Notes: a model not told the origin generated them from the letters alone. A stretch of 62,567 nt of DNA from Negaprion brevirostris (GCA_030324005.1 JARDVH010000031.1:68175651-68238217); one strand, 5' to 3'; shown: positions 13,103 through 25,985, counted from the stretch's first letter. Translations and numbers: made by a program.

Positions 13103-13260
13103 AAGTTCAAAGTTTATTTATTAGTTGCAAGCCAACTTACATTAACACTGCAATGAAGTTAGTGTGAAAATCCCCTAGTCACCACATTCCAGTGCCTGTT
13201 CGGGCGACTGCGAGAGAATTTAGCATGGCCAGTGCATCTAACCAGCATGTCTTTCGGACT
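13103..13260 (-). mobile_element. SINE family A, 5'-truncated
   Basis: aaagtttatttattag...cttacattaacactgcaatgaagtt...aaaatcccctagtcaccac...ccagcatgtctttcggact. Confidence 0.85.
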
Positions 13261-14419
13261 ATAACTTCAGTGGCTATAGTGGTTAGTGTTTTCTGTTTGT
13301 GTTCACTGAAAAATACAGGCTGTCTCTCTATCGTATCTTTCAGATTTTATTCCACAGCCAATGGCATACTTTTTAACTGTTGTTACGTAGTAACTGTGCC
13401 AACTTGCAATTCTTTTCCCACATTCATTTTAATATTTTGGCTGCAGAGCACAAAAAACCCTGGCCCCGATTTTTATATTGCATGAGTGCTTGCATGTCGA
13501 GATTAATTAAATACATTTATACTGTTCCTGTTCATAACTAAAATCGCTAAATCATTTTGATTTAAAATATTCTTTTTGATTTTACTGTTTTCTAAAATGA
13601 TTGCCACTTATGCAAGGGTTTTTATGCATAAATCAGTCTGCACCATCAACCGAAAGTGTTTTGTTGAGTTTCTGGCTCACATCAATCATTTATTTCAAAT
13701 CCTGCAGGGTGAAATATCAGCAGGGGCTCAAAGTGTATCACCTAATTAAATGTCTTGTTCAGCAGATAAAGATAATTAATGTCTGAATTTTATTATCTCA
13801 AATTCATTTTTGGATAGTTCCTGATTGTTATGATTATTATGCAATTAAACAAATTGTATGCAATTGAGCAGCTGATGTAGAAATGAATGGGAATTCTCCA
13901 TTCCCTTCCCATCCAGCAGTTTTTCATCGAATGTGGCATTTTTTTTTGCGCGTGTTTGATCTTAAAAATGTAAAGAGAATGGAATGACACCAAAAATATC
14001 AGAACAAACATGTCAGACAATGATCAGCGTGCCCATCACATTTCTTGAGATCTTGCTGAGCAGGGTCACATCCGGATATAGCACAAAATGGTTCATCAAT
14101 TTGCTTCTTTGAATTGTTGAGGTGTTTATGGGACTCAGAAAAAAATTCACTAAGNNNNNAACATTACTGCTTGTCAATTCATTCACTGCTGTCTGTTCCA
14201 CATTGACTGGTGCTACGTACACAGTGGTGGTTCGTTTTTTCTCAGATCCCAGAACACTAAAACTATTCCCCCAACTTATACCACATGAAGCCCACAAATT
14301 TTGATTGTAACAGGGTTGCTGTTATTTCATAGATGCCTCCTCTCTGGTAAATCAAGTCTTGAAGAGTCAGCATTGCAATTTGTCCATTTCTTGTTTCTTT
14401 GCCAACAATAAACTGACTA

Positions 14420-15390
14420 TTTCCTCATCATAGGGAAAACGAGGAGAATGTCCTCATCTGGCCAGAGGTGAAAGGCCATCACACTATTCTGAGGATGTTT
14501 TTATTTCATTGATAGGGCAAATTAATCCACATCATAATTCACCTAGCTACAAGAGGTATGAAAGACACACACATCACTCCTCAGACACTGAAATAGTCCA
14601 TGTTCAATTGCAACAAGATCTGGGCAATAGCCAGGTTTATGCTGACAAGTGCCATGTAACATTCGCACCACACAATGACTATCACCAATCAGAGACACTC
14701 TAACCACTGCCCTTGACATTCAATGGGGTTACCATCACTGAACCCCTCCACTGTCAACATCCTTGGGGTTACCATTGACCAGAAACTCAACTGGTCTAGC
14801 CACATAAACCACAGTGGCTATAAGAACAGGTCAGAGGCAGAGAAGAATACTGCAATGAGTAACTAATTTCATTCCCCAAAGCCTGTAGTATGATGGAATA
14901 CTCCCCAATTGCGTGGATGGGTGCAGCTCCAACAACACTCAAGAAGCTTGACACCATCCAGGACAAAACAGCCCACATGATTAGCATCACATCCCCAAAC
15001 ATCCACTCCCTCCACCACCGATGCTCAGTAGCAGCAGTGTGTGGTATTTACAATATTCACTGCAGAAATTCACCAAAGATTCTTAGACAGCACCTTCCAA
15101 AACCCCAACCATTTCCATCTAGAAGGCCAAGGGCAGCAGATATATGGGAACACCACTACCTGAAAGTTTCCCTCCAAGCCACTCAGCATCTTGACTTGGA
15201 AATATATTGCTGTTCCTTCACAATTAAAATACCGGACTTTCCTCCTTAACAGCATTGTGGGTCAACGAACAGCACATGGACTGCAGTGTTTCAAGAAGGC
15301 AGCTCACCGCCACCTTCTCAAGGACAACTAGGGGTGGGCAATACATGCTCACCAGCCCGTGATGCCCATGTCCCACAAATGAATAAAAGA
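14420..15390 (+). mobile_element. CR1/L2-like (Jockey group) LINE 3' portion, degenerate
   Basis: LQQDL..QVYADK..VTFAP, VNILGVTIDQKLNW, MEYSPIAWMGAAPTTLKKLDTIQDK..IHSLHHRCSVAAV; ends tgggcaata..tgcccatgtcccacaaatgaataaa. Confidence 0.85.
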
Positions 15391-16952
15391 ACTATTACTA
15401 ATGGGCATTGAGTCCAAAGACAAACCAGCATCTGATTTCCTTAAAAAAGGGTGTTACTGTCAAAAGCATAGTCTCCTGGGAGTAAGTAGATACCAGTAAT
15501 AAATAGTGGAATAAAAAATAGTTCCACAAAACTTGATGTTACAAAGCCAATTATGGGATGCACAATTATTCCACTAATTAGAATTGGAGAGCTGAATTCA
15601 ATGTAGAACCCTCGTGAATATACGCTGTTCCTTATTTCTGAAAGGGATCTAAATAAATGATAGATTGTGTTATGATTCACAGAAATCAATTTATTTTAGA
15701 ACTTTTCTAACAAAATATTAGCTCTTTGTTTCAGTATTATTGAACTAATTAGTCCAGTGGGTGATTCTCTATATGTGTTTGAATGATGCAGTGGAACTGG
15801 TCATGGGGATATGCACCATTGTTCCCAGATGATTTGTGATGCTTGTGGTTTGCCTTCAGCAATTTGGTTCAAGCTTTAGTTTTGAGAACGTTTCAAAAGG
15901 ACTTCCTACCTCACCAAACGGGAAAAAAAAATACAATTTTCTTTTCCTATAATGCATGTTTTAATCCATTTTCTAACTTTTACAAGTATCTAACAGTCAA
16001 CCCGGTTATTAAAATTTAAGATTCATTTAATGATTGAATTACTTCATAAAATTTAGTGCTACGTTTATACATAATGACCCAAGTTTATCTCTCGCAACAC
16101 AAATAGTAGCCCATCCATTTTAATGGATTGTCAGCATGATGGTCAGGAAATTTAAATCAATTTCTTTACAACATTGCAATTCTATTAATTAAGTTCATGA
16201 AATGAACATGTCCCTGGACTTCAATAGTCACCAGTGAGATATGATATTTTCAAAGAAGATGGAAAGATTTCAGTCAGTGAAAAGGGCACCTGTGGCTTGC
16301 AATCTTAAATAGCCGTGTAAATTTTTATTAAGATGATAACGCGCAGACTATGCATTGCTTGAAGAGCAAGTAGAATCTGAAAGTACAGTTTATAATTAAG
16401 GTTCTGAGACTGTTATTCTGCTCTTTACTGCCTAGATACCAAAGACATGGCTGCAGAGTAGAGAAAGGTTGTCTGCTCCCATTTTGTAACTGCATCATAC
16501 TGCACCCAAACTTCCTCACTGACTTGCTCTCAAAAAATTGTGTGTTATTGATTTCTGAGCTGTGGTCTAGTCACCGTTTGGCTGAAGAAGCAGACCGATG
16601 TATTAAAGGTAGGTTTACATTTGTTTTACTCCTTGTTTTGCTGCAGAATATCGATACCATTTTACATTTTGTGACAAAGGCCAAGGTCCAAACTGCATCA
16701 GTCAACCTCATTATCCCCTTTTGTAATATGGCTTCGTTGGAAGCAGGCTAATCGAAATAATATCAGTTTTCCAGTGAAAGCTGCTGACTGCACTCATCTG
16801 AGCCTCTCTCAAGCTGCCAAGGACTGCTCCCTAATCACACTGGAGGAACCGTACCCTGCCCTGCACACATCACATCAATAGAGTTGCCAGACATTCAAAC
16901 CTGTGCCTTTCACAACCACACTTTTCTGCTCTGATCCTCTATTCTCCATGTA

Positions 16953-17252
16953 GCATAGAATCACACAATCCCTGAAATGCAGGAGGAGGGCATTCAGCCT
17001 GCACTGACAAGAATCCCACCCAGGCCCTCTCCCCATAACCCCATGTATTTACCCTGATAATCCATGTATTTATATTGATAATCTCACTGACACTAGGGGC
17101 AATTTAGTGCAGCAAATCTACATAACCCACACATCTTGGGAGTGTGGGAGGAAACTGGAACACCCAGAGACATGCAGACATGAGAAGAATGTGCAAACTC
17201 CACACAGACAGTCATCGAGGCCTGTGAGGCAGCAGGGCTAACTACTGTACCA
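16953..17252 (-). mobile_element. HE1-like SINE (V-SINE with CR1/HER1-type tail)
   Basis: catagaatc..ccctg..tgcaggagg tail; gacactaggggcaatttag; tgtgggaggaaactggaacaccc; caaactccacacagacagtca. Confidence 0.85.
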
Positions 17253-17419
17253 TCAATAATNNNNNNNNNNNNNNNNNNNCACATACAAGAGCAACTGCCA
17301 AGGCAGGATCTTTGAACATGCAGATTGTTACTTGAAGTTCCACTGCCATCCCAACCTTGCTCAGCAGCGGAGGCCCATTGGTGAGGTAAAGGACAAATAG
17401 CATTGAAAGTACAGCTTAT

Positions 17420-18900
17420 AGTGCGTGGAGTAGCAAGCCCCTTTAAAGAATTGAGTGTCTGGAGAGCCATGTGACCCGATTGCCCAATGGGGCAGGAATA
17501 TGTGAATCAGTGGAGGTGAGCGCAGGCTTTATGCCATCAGAATCAACCCTAGAGCTGAATGGAGAACATACAAATATTGAAGCACTCAGTGTATAGTTTG
17601 GGTTAATTAATAAATCATTGTTGTTATTGTTAACCTGGCCGGTGCCAATCATTGCAATTATCACACTGGCGACGAGGAAAATGGAAGTGACTAAAATCAC
17701 AGTAAAAAGCATGAATGAAACTTTGTTTGAAACGATCCGGCATTATGTCAATTAGGGTCCAACCTACAAAGAGGAAATCAGCAACATGACTATCTTTGAC
17801 AAGTTGGGTACAAATTCCGAAGACTGGATACAATATGTGGAGTGCTTGCAACAATTGAGAAACTCTGCCAGTGCTCTGTCACCTTCTGATTACCAGAAGT
17901 ACTTAATTCAGACAATGGAACAACATTCACACGTGTTGAGTTCCAAAGTTTTATGACATTCAATGGAATTAAACATATCTCCACAGCACCACCCCATCTA
18001 ATGGCCTTGCAGAATGCACATTTCAAACTTTCAAATCTGGCATGAAGAAATTATCATTGATATCCCTTGAAACAAAGTAAGCAAGGTTCCTGCTTGGTTA
18101 TGGGACCACCCAATATACAACCACAGGAATAGCTCCTACTGAGTTGCTGGTGGGTTGGAGTTTGAAGACCAGGTTGGTTCTGGCAATTCAAAGTTTGGCC
18201 GGGAGTGTGGAGTCGAGGAAGAGTATGCAGGAAAGAAACCATGATTCATCAACAGTCGAAAGAACATTTGAGATGGATGATCCAGTATTTGTAAAAGATT
18301 TTGGGAATAGACCAAGTTGGCTCCCAGGTGTTGTAATGGCCAGAAATGGTCCAGTGTCCTAGGAAATGGAAATTTAGGATACAATTCTAAAGAAGTGTTT
18401 CGATCATTTAAGAGGATGAGAGTTGTCTCAAGGGCAAGTGCTGCAGCCAAAGGAGTGAAGAGGCAAGTCAGCCAACTGTTGATTCCAGTGAAACTCAGGA
18501 AATAGTGCAAAGTGATATGTCTGTACAAGAGAGTCTGAATCAAGAAAGTCCAACTGAATCAACCTCTGCTGTTCAATCACAACTAGCTGACTACATCGCT
18601 CCTAAAGAAACTGAAAGTCCCCTGACAGACTGAACTTCTGATGAACTGGGTTAAAAATATTTATTATTGTTAAGATCATGGGCCGGCTTTTCAGGCCGTG
18701 CATGGCTCAAGACCAAACATTCCTGCCCGAGGTCAACGGAAAATTGAATGGCCTGTTGAATTTTCTGTCCTGCCCATTACAGTTCCTCTGGCAGACGGGA
18801 GCAGAAAATCTTGCCCATTGTGTAATAAGGGACTTAAAGGGGGACAAAGATAGTTGCTAGTTCCTTTTGGGGGCATAAAGGTCCAGAAGGTCATGTGAAA
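17420..18900 (+). mobile_element. Ty3/Gypsy LTR retrotransposon relic, internally deleted (LTR-PBS-gag start/integrase-PPT)
   Basis: LTR-like segment with AATAAA ending ..atcaca; PBS-like TGGCGACGAG at 17667; ATG at 17786 gives MTIFDKLGTNSEDWIQYVECL (gag start); from 17851 TIEKL..LPEVLNSDNGTTFT..EFQSFM..NGIKHISTAP and LKTRL..QERNHD..RTF..DDPVFVKDF..WLPGVV..GPVS (integrase); PPT-like ttaaagggggac near 18835. Confidence 0.85.
18680..18817. mobile_element. MITE family M1 nested in the Gypsy relic
   Basis: gggccggcttttc / gaaaatcttgccc TIRs; internal cattcctgcccgaggtcaacgg. Confidence 0.75.
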
Positions 18901-19404
18901 AAGTGCAAGGTGTACTCTTCCTATATTAGTCAGGCCATCAGGAAATCCCAGTGCTTCAGCCTTTCCTAAGATGCAGTTCTCCCTGGTGAATTGCACCCAC
19001 ATCACCTGCAGTCAGCCATGAGAGGGGAAAATAATGTCTTATTCAGAATTTCACATTCATTTTTAGGTATCAGTGTAGGATTTGAACTGGTAAAATAAAG
19101 ATAAAATGAAACAGTTAAAATTCAAGATTGATGCTCTCTCTCTCTCTCAATATGTCATGCTTTGCAAAGTTATCTAGCGTTTGTTAATTTGCCGATACTA
19201 TCTATTTCGTATAAGTACGCCGGTCTTACCCAATCTTTACTTTAATTGCACAGACATTCTGTCTAATTTAGTTACTTCAGATTATCTCTGATGTATCTCT
19301 GCCATCCATTGAAAACTTGAACTAATAATATTGAAATGTTATGACAGGTCATGTGAGAACATAATAGTTGGAGTAGTATCTGAGTATTTTGCTTTAAATT
19401 GATT

Positions 19405-19992
19405 TATTATTAGGATGTGGGTATTACTGGCTAGGATAGCATTTATTGCATGTCCCTAATTGCCCTTGAGAAGATAACAATTAGCCACCTTCTTGAACTG
19501 CTGCAGGCTACATAATGTAGGTACACTCATCGTGTTGCTAGGAAGGGAGTTCCATTATTTTGACCCGGTGACAGTAAAGGAATGGGATATAGTTCCAAGT
19601 CAGGATGGTGGGTGTCTTGGAGGGGAACTTGCAGGTAGTGGTATTCCCATAAATCTGCTACCGGATAGTAGAGGTCACGGGTTTGGAAAGAGTTGTCAAA
19701 GGAGCCTTAGTGAGTTGCTGCAGTGCATCTCGTAGATCGAACACACTGCTGCCACTGTGCAACGATAGGAGAGAAATTGACTCCTTAAGTTGGCGGATGA
19801 GGTATTATTCAAGCAAGCTGCTTATCCTGGATGGTGTCAAGCTTCTTGAGTATTGCTGGAGCTGGACTTATCCAGTCAAGTTGATATTATTTCATCACAT
19901 TCACGATTTGTGCCTTGGAGATGATGGACAGGCTTTCAGGAGTCAGGTGTGTTACTCACTGCAAAATGCACAGCCTCTGATTTGCTTGTGTT
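19405..19992 (-). mobile_element. CR1/L2-like LINE 3' portion (same family as 14420-15390)
   Basis: ggatgtgggt..ctggctagg..agcatttattgc..ccctaattgcccttgagaag...cctggatggtgtcaagcttcttgagt is the reverse complement of that family. Confidence 0.85.
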
Positions 19993-20579
19993 ATGTGTCC
20001 CCATCACCAGATTTGCCATTGAATATTTGACTCTAAACTCCCATGAATCATTCAAGTGTTGTAAACATTTTCACATTTTAAATGATGAACAATGACAGTG
20101 ATCTGATAAGATTTGTAAATGTCATTTTGACATATTGCTGTAAATACAATTCCACAATAGCTTATCAATTTGGGTAGCTTTGTATCATGACTTTATTCAC
20201 TCATTGATAGATTTCTATGAATCTGTTTGGAGCTGTACTTGCACTCATATCGAATGGCAAACCTGAAGATTGCTGTGTCAAGGCCCCTCAGCTAAGATTG
20301 CTGTGTCTCGCCACAATACATATCTCTAATTAAAATGCTCAACAAACGGATTGGAGCAGTTGTAATTTTCAGTTTCAGTTCAAGTTAAAGCTGTACCCAT
20401 GCCTACCTATCTCTGGTTACACTATTTGACAAAACTCATCGATGTACCACGAGAAATCACAGTGCTGATTGTTATAACCAGCTATGAAAACATCTTGTCA
20501 TTCAAAGCAAAAATCACAAGCTCTGGTGCTTTGATTCTGCCCTGCAGTTAAGTAGTTGCCACTTCTAAGTTACATTAAA

Positions 20580-21520
20580 CTTGGAAGCATTGTGAACCAT
20601 GAGGGGGCTGGTGCTGAATTTTAAAAGACCATGGACAAGTTGGTAGAATGAGTGAACGGGTAGCAGATGAAGTTTAATGTGAAGTAATTCATATTAGTAG
20701 GAAGAACATGGAGAGATAATTTAAAATAAAAGGTACAACTCTAAAGGGTGTAGCATCTGAGGAACTTGGGTGTATATGTACACTGAAGGTGCAGGAAACA
20801 ATGACAGCATAGTTAATAAAACATATAGTATCCTGGGCTTTACTAATAGGAGCAGAGAGTACAAGAGCGAAGTGATTATGCTAAATTTGCACGCAAGACT
20901 AGTTCAGCCTCAGCTGGAGTATTGTTCCAATTCTGGGCATTGCATTTTAAAAAGGATATAAAGACACTGGAAAGAGCGCAGGAAAAGTTCAGGAGAATTT
21001 TTCCACGGATGAGGAACTTCAGTTATGAAGATAGATTGAAGAAATAAGGACTCTTTTCCTTGGAGAACAGAAGGCTGAGATTTGATTGGGATACTTAAAA
21101 TCATGAGGGGTCTAGACAGAGCAGTTCTGGAGAACCTTCACATTTGTAAAAGGATTGAGAANNNNNNNNNNNNNNNNNNNNNNNNNNNNNNNNNNNNNNN
21201 NNNNNNNNNNNNNNNNNNNNNNNNNNNNNNNNNNNNNNNNNNNNNNNNNNNNNNNNNNNNNGAAACAAAGGTGACCTGAGGAAAAAAATTTACTCATACC
21301 CAGTGGCTTAGTTCTGGGCTGCATCTATGAGTGTGGTGGGGACAGGTTAAATCAAAGCACTTAAAAAGGCAATTAAACAGTAATCTACAAAGCAAGAATG
21401 TTCAGGGTTACAAGGAGAAGGTGGGAGATATTGGCGCTAAGTGAATTGCTCATTCAGAAAGGCGGTGCAGGTATGATGGCCTGAATGGCTTCCTTCTGTG
21501 CCTGAAAAGTTCTGTGATTA
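20580..21520 (+). mobile_element. CR1 LINE 3' region, degenerate
   Basis: QMKFNV, ILGFTNRSREYKSEVIMLNL..LVQPQLEYC, agttatgaagatagattg, and 3' UTR ..gcctgaatggcttccttctgtg..ttctgtgatt. Confidence 0.85.
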
Positions 21521-22402
21521 AAATAGTTAGAAAGATGTTGTTTCTGATTTCTGCTTTAGTAAACAGATTAATAAGAATTAAAAAAAAAATGTCCATTGTC
21601 ACTCTAAATTGATGACACTTTCTTCATGCAAGCCTAAACTGGAAGGCCCAAGCCTAAAATAAGTTGGGCCTGGTCAATGTAATAATATGGGCAAGACGCT
21701 GTGGTCCAAACACATGCAAATTTCATTAGAGGAAAATGGATGTTAGAAAGTTGTACCCCATTTTGCCATGATATAAAAATACCCTTTCCTTTTTAGTACA
21801 TTATCAGTAGTGCAGTATTCCAGCTGAGGCAAAACCCATACCCTGGTCATCATGCTGTTTTAGTGTTGTTAGCAGAATAGAAACTTCAACACATGGCACC
21901 AACCATGTGCTGCCTCCAAGTTGATGTTATTGGTGTAACAAATCCATGCAGATTTAGAAAAGGAAAAAAAAACTGCTTTGAGTCATCAAATAACTATATT
22001 AAAGATATAACCTCACCTTTCCCATGATGGGATTGCAAAGTGAGCAATGCTATTAAATTAGTGAAATGTGTTATGAGAATCGTGCACTGCTGAGTAAAAG
22101 CTGCTCTAAATATCATGGCGGTAATGAAATTATGAATAATGGAGGGTTTGTTATCAGCATAGTCTACAAAATACAGGCTTTGACATAATGCGCTTGCTCA
22201 TGGAGTACTTCTATGCATTACTAACTAGGCAGACTGTCTTCAAATGTGTCTTCAAAAGACTTTGACATGATTGGATCTTTTAAAATTCTCAATCCATCTC
22301 CATGGTTTAAATCAGTTTTAGAGATGAATTTGTAAAGATTGTAGACAGAATGATTATCCTTTTATAAGTATAAAAATAACGATTACAGATTCCTCATCCT
22401 TA

Positions 22403-22708
22403 GGATGGCACGGTGGCACAGTGATTAGTACTGCTGCCTCATATTGCCAGCGACCCAGGTTCAATTCCCAGCTTGAGTCACTGTCTGTGTGTAGTTTGCA
22501 TGTTCTTTGTGTAGGCTTCCTCTGGGTACTCCAGTTTGCTCCCATAGTCCAAAAGATGGGCTGGTCAGGTGCATTGGCCATGCTAAACTGGTCCTCCGTG
22601 TATTTCAACAGGTGCCAGAGTGCGGCGATGAGGGCATTTTTGCAATAACTTTAATGTGTTAACGTAAGCCAACTTGTGACACTAGTAAATAATCCTTAAA
22701 ACTTAAAC
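22403..22708 (+). mobile_element. SINE family A, full length
   Basis: ggcacggtggcacagtgattagtactgctgcctc (A-box-like), ggttcaattccc (B-box-like), V-type core and family-A tail. Confidence 0.9.
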
Positions 22709-22764
22709 AAAGCATAATGTAAAGTATGAGTAAAACTGACCAAATTTCCGAACCATCCACAGGA

Positions 22765-23432
22765 GAAGAAGTCTACCAATGCCTCTACTCTCTCAGGAGA
22801 CTAAGAAAATTTGGCATGTCTGCTACGACTCTCATCAACTTTTACAGATGTACCATAGAAAGCATTTTTTTTTGTCACATCACTGCTTGGTATAGCTCCT
22901 ACTCTGTCNNNNNNNNNNNNNNNNNNNNNNNNNNNNNNNNNNNNNNNNNNNNNNNNNNNNNNNNNNNNNNNNNNNNNNNNNNNNNNNNNNNNNNNNNNNN
23001 NNNNNNNNCCAAGACTGAACAAAAAGACTACCACAGGTCGAGAATGAAGTATAGTCCATCACGCAAACCAGCCTTCCATTCATTTACTCTCTCTACACAT
23101 CCTGCTGCCTCAGAAAAGCAGCCAGCATAATTAAGTACCCCATGCACCCCAGACATTTTCTCTTCCACCTTCTTCCGTCAGGAAAAAGATACAGAAGGCT
23201 GAGAACACCAACTCACGAGTAGCTTCTTCTCTGCTGCCATCAGCCTTTTGAATGGACCTCCCCGATATTAAGTTGATCTTTCTCGATGTCCCAGCTATGA
23301 TTGTTTTGCTACATTCTGCACTCTCTCCTTTCCTTCTTTATGTACAGTATGTATTGTCTGTATGACATGAAATAAACAATAGTTTTCACTGTATATCGAT
23401 ATGTGAGAATAATGAATCGAATCAAATAAATA
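22765..23432 (+). mobile_element. Rex1/Babar LINE 3' end
   Basis: QCLYSLRRLRKFGMSATTLINFYRCTIESI..ITAWY, then HP..F.LLPSGKRY motifs and a 3' UTR ending aatcgaatcaaat. Confidence 0.85.
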
Positions 23433-24129
23433 ACTTTTTAACTTACTTATCCTCACTAAATTTGGAATTATTTTGAAATAGCAAGACTTTAACAGTGAAA
23501 AATGAACATCGTGTCAATTAAGTGAAAGATCACATATTGTTGACGGCAACAAAATGTGATGTACAAAAGAAGTGAAACATACCCTGGCTGCATTTATTCA
23601 AGTGCTGACAAATTAGTCAGCATCATTTAATAATGGGGTACATTCAGTGTGGGCCTGAGGAGAACAGTCTTGAAAACGCTTTTTTTTTCCGACAAGCAAT
23701 TTGGTCAAGCTCACTTAACGGTGTCAACTTGTACTCGTCTATAATTAATGTGAAGATGGGATTTCGAGACAGGATTCAGCAGCCTTGGAAAAATGAGCAA
23801 AGAATTGAATTAGCCTAATGTCTGAGAGAGAGAGCTGCCCAGTCAAATTATCTCCCTGCATTCATTTAAATGCAGTTCACTTTAAATCACCACCTCTGAA
23901 ATTTTTGTGGGTTGGGTGGAGGGCTGGATGAGACTTTTCCAGGCAAAGGGAGGCAGGTTTGACATCATCCTGCCTCTCCCGACTTTTCATCTGAGGAGGT
24001 TTGAAGTCAACTCACGCAGCTGTCAAGTAAGTAAAATATCAAAATAGCTTATTAAGTTGTGCTTTAACCAAAGATTCAGGCTTTTACAGTCAGGTGTCCT
24101 ATTTCCCAAGCTGTCATGAGCTATCCAGT

Positions 24130-24374
24130 ATCATAATATGAACGAGGAGCTTGAGACTTTTCTGTTTAACCATGAATTGTTTATTGTTAACGCTGTGCTA
24201 TTTACAGGTCGCAGTAATCGTCATGCATTAAGCTGTTCCTCCATTCAGACATCTGAGCCGATTACCATGTGACTCTATACATCATACCATTGACCATACA
24301 GTTCTCCAATCCTGCTCTGCCAAACCCCATTACATTATAATGGCATACAAGACCATATATAACATCCCCCTTTC
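24130..24374 (-). mobile_element. Putative 3' LTR plus polypurine tract of an LTR element
   Basis: Minus strand aaaggggga|TGttatatatgg at 24373-24353; minus-strand AATAAA at 24180-24185. Confidence 0.55.
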
Positions 24375-24650
24375 TTCTCCAAAGAAATCTCTCCATTCCA
24401 CTGGAGTATAACTATTTACAATACAATCTTAACTTCCTATCCCTTCCCTCCCCCACCTCAAGTCTCTGAAGATTTAAATTCAGATGGTCTTGAGAATTGA
24501 CAGTTCTTCCACATCTCAGTCTGTCATGTTTGGAGGAATAGTGGTAGTACTTTCTGTTCCTGGTACTTTGTTATTTCCACTTTATTCACTTTTTGAGTTC
24601 CTTTGAGTTTATTCTTTATTAAAAACTCACCTGCTTTTTTCACTCATGGT

Positions 24651-24789
24651 GGGAAAGATTTTCCCATTCCACCTGCCATGGGAATCATAGTAGGCAGGAA
24701 GGGGGGAGGGGTGTGGATCATCCAAAGGTCTGTTGACTTTGGGCAGAATTTTCCAGTTTTGGAGTGAACACGTCTGGAAAATCCTGCCC
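24651..24789. mobile_element. MITE family M1
   Basis: gggaaagattttcc / ggaaaatcctgccc TIRs with internal gggcagaattttcc. Confidence 0.8.
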
Positions 24790-24927
24790 TGGAGGTTTGT
24801 CCCATTTCTTCTGAAGGGAATGTGCATTCTGTTCATTCTTAGATCAAACTCAAATTTTCTTCTTTTGTGGTGTTTGTCAAGTGCTTGCTGGACATACATG
24901 TTTGTAATTGGTACCTCAACTTCCACT

Positions 24928-25132
24928 TCATAGAATCCCTACAGTGCAGAAGGAGGCCATTTGGCCCATCAAATCTGCACCGACTCTCCGACAGAACATC
25001 TTTTACCCAGGCCCTTCCCCTGCCCTATACCAGCAACCTCACATGTTTACCCTACTAATCCCCCTAACCTAGACATCGTTGGACACTAAGGGGCAATTTA
25101 ACATGACCAACCCATCTAACCTGGACATCTTT
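24928..25132 (-). mobile_element. HE1-like SINE 3' half
   Basis: catagaatccctacagtgcagaaggaggccatttggccc...ggacactaaggggcaattta. Confidence 0.85.
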
Positions 25133-25579
25133 GTTTTACAACTTCCATCATAAACATATGTGTCACTTCATTTTAAAGTAGTGTTGCAAGCTTATGAATC
25201 TTTTTCATTCAGCTCAATGTTTCTCAGTATGTTTGAGATATCCAATGTTTTCTCTTCTTCTTGTTTTTCACACTTAAATGTCAGGTTTATACTTTCCAAT
25301 TTAATTTATCTCTTTTCTTTCTTTTGTGTCCTTGTCCATCATTCTGGTTTCACTGTGAGCCTAGTCTGTCTCTGATGAAGTCCTAACATTCTTTGTTTCT
25401 GTAATTGTGCTCTAAATGGCTTCATTGTCTGTTTGCAGTTTGGAAAGTTCACTGATTCTTCCTTTCAAAGCCTCCTTGTTTTCATTCAACTGCGTTCAGT
25501 TCTTTAGTCTGTTTCCTGTAGCTTTCAATTTCCTCCTGGAAGAATTAACATTGCTTTGCCTGTTTTGCCGAATAGTTTT

Positions 25580-25652
25580 AAAGTTTAAAATTTATCTAGC
25601 TACGTCACAAGTAGGCTTACATTAACACTGTTACTATGAAAATCCTCTAGTT
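25580..25652 (-). mobile_element. SINE family A tail fragment
   Basis: gtcacaagtaggcttacattaacactg..tgaaaatcctctag. Confidence 0.7.
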
Positions 25653-25660
25653 CTTTAGTT

Positions 25661-25985
25661 TAAAAGCAAAATACTGCAGATGCTGGAATCCAAAACAAAA
25701 ACAGAAAATGCTGGAAAATCTCTGCAGGTCTGACGGTATCTGTGGAGAGAGAATATCATCCAGACTTGAAACCTTGGGTGGAATTTTCACATCTCGCCTG
25801 TCACAAAAATCAAAGGGGCTGGGAGGACAGACGCACCATGCAAGGGTCCATTGACCTCAGGGGGGATTTTCCAGTCTTGGGGTCAGTGCCGCTGGAAAAT
25901 CCTGTCCATTGGCTTTATTGTCTCTCCGCAAACGCTATGAGACCTGCTGTCGTTTTCCAGCATTTTCTGCTTTGGTTCTTCAGTT
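25661..25985. mobile_element. Penelope-like inverted pLTR fragment (family P2) interrupted by an M1 MITE (25776-25907)
   Basis: aaaatactgcagatgctgg..acagaaaatgctggaaaatctctgcaggtctg..tgtggagaga pairs in inverted form with tctctccgca..agacctgctg..ttttccagcattttctg; hammerhead remnant catccagacttgaaac; MITE gggtggaatttt/aaaatcctgtcc flanked by ctt/att. Confidence 0.7.

Noticed and set aside
22120-22200. Minus-strand LYFVDY peptide resembling the next LRP1B exon
   Set aside because: No upstream AIDWLT or downstream IFVC/NPK motifs and no matching splice structure; coincidental.
22403-22480. tRNA-like A/B boxes at SINE heads
   Set aside because: They continue into SINE body and tail and form no complete cloverleaf, so they are not tRNA genes.
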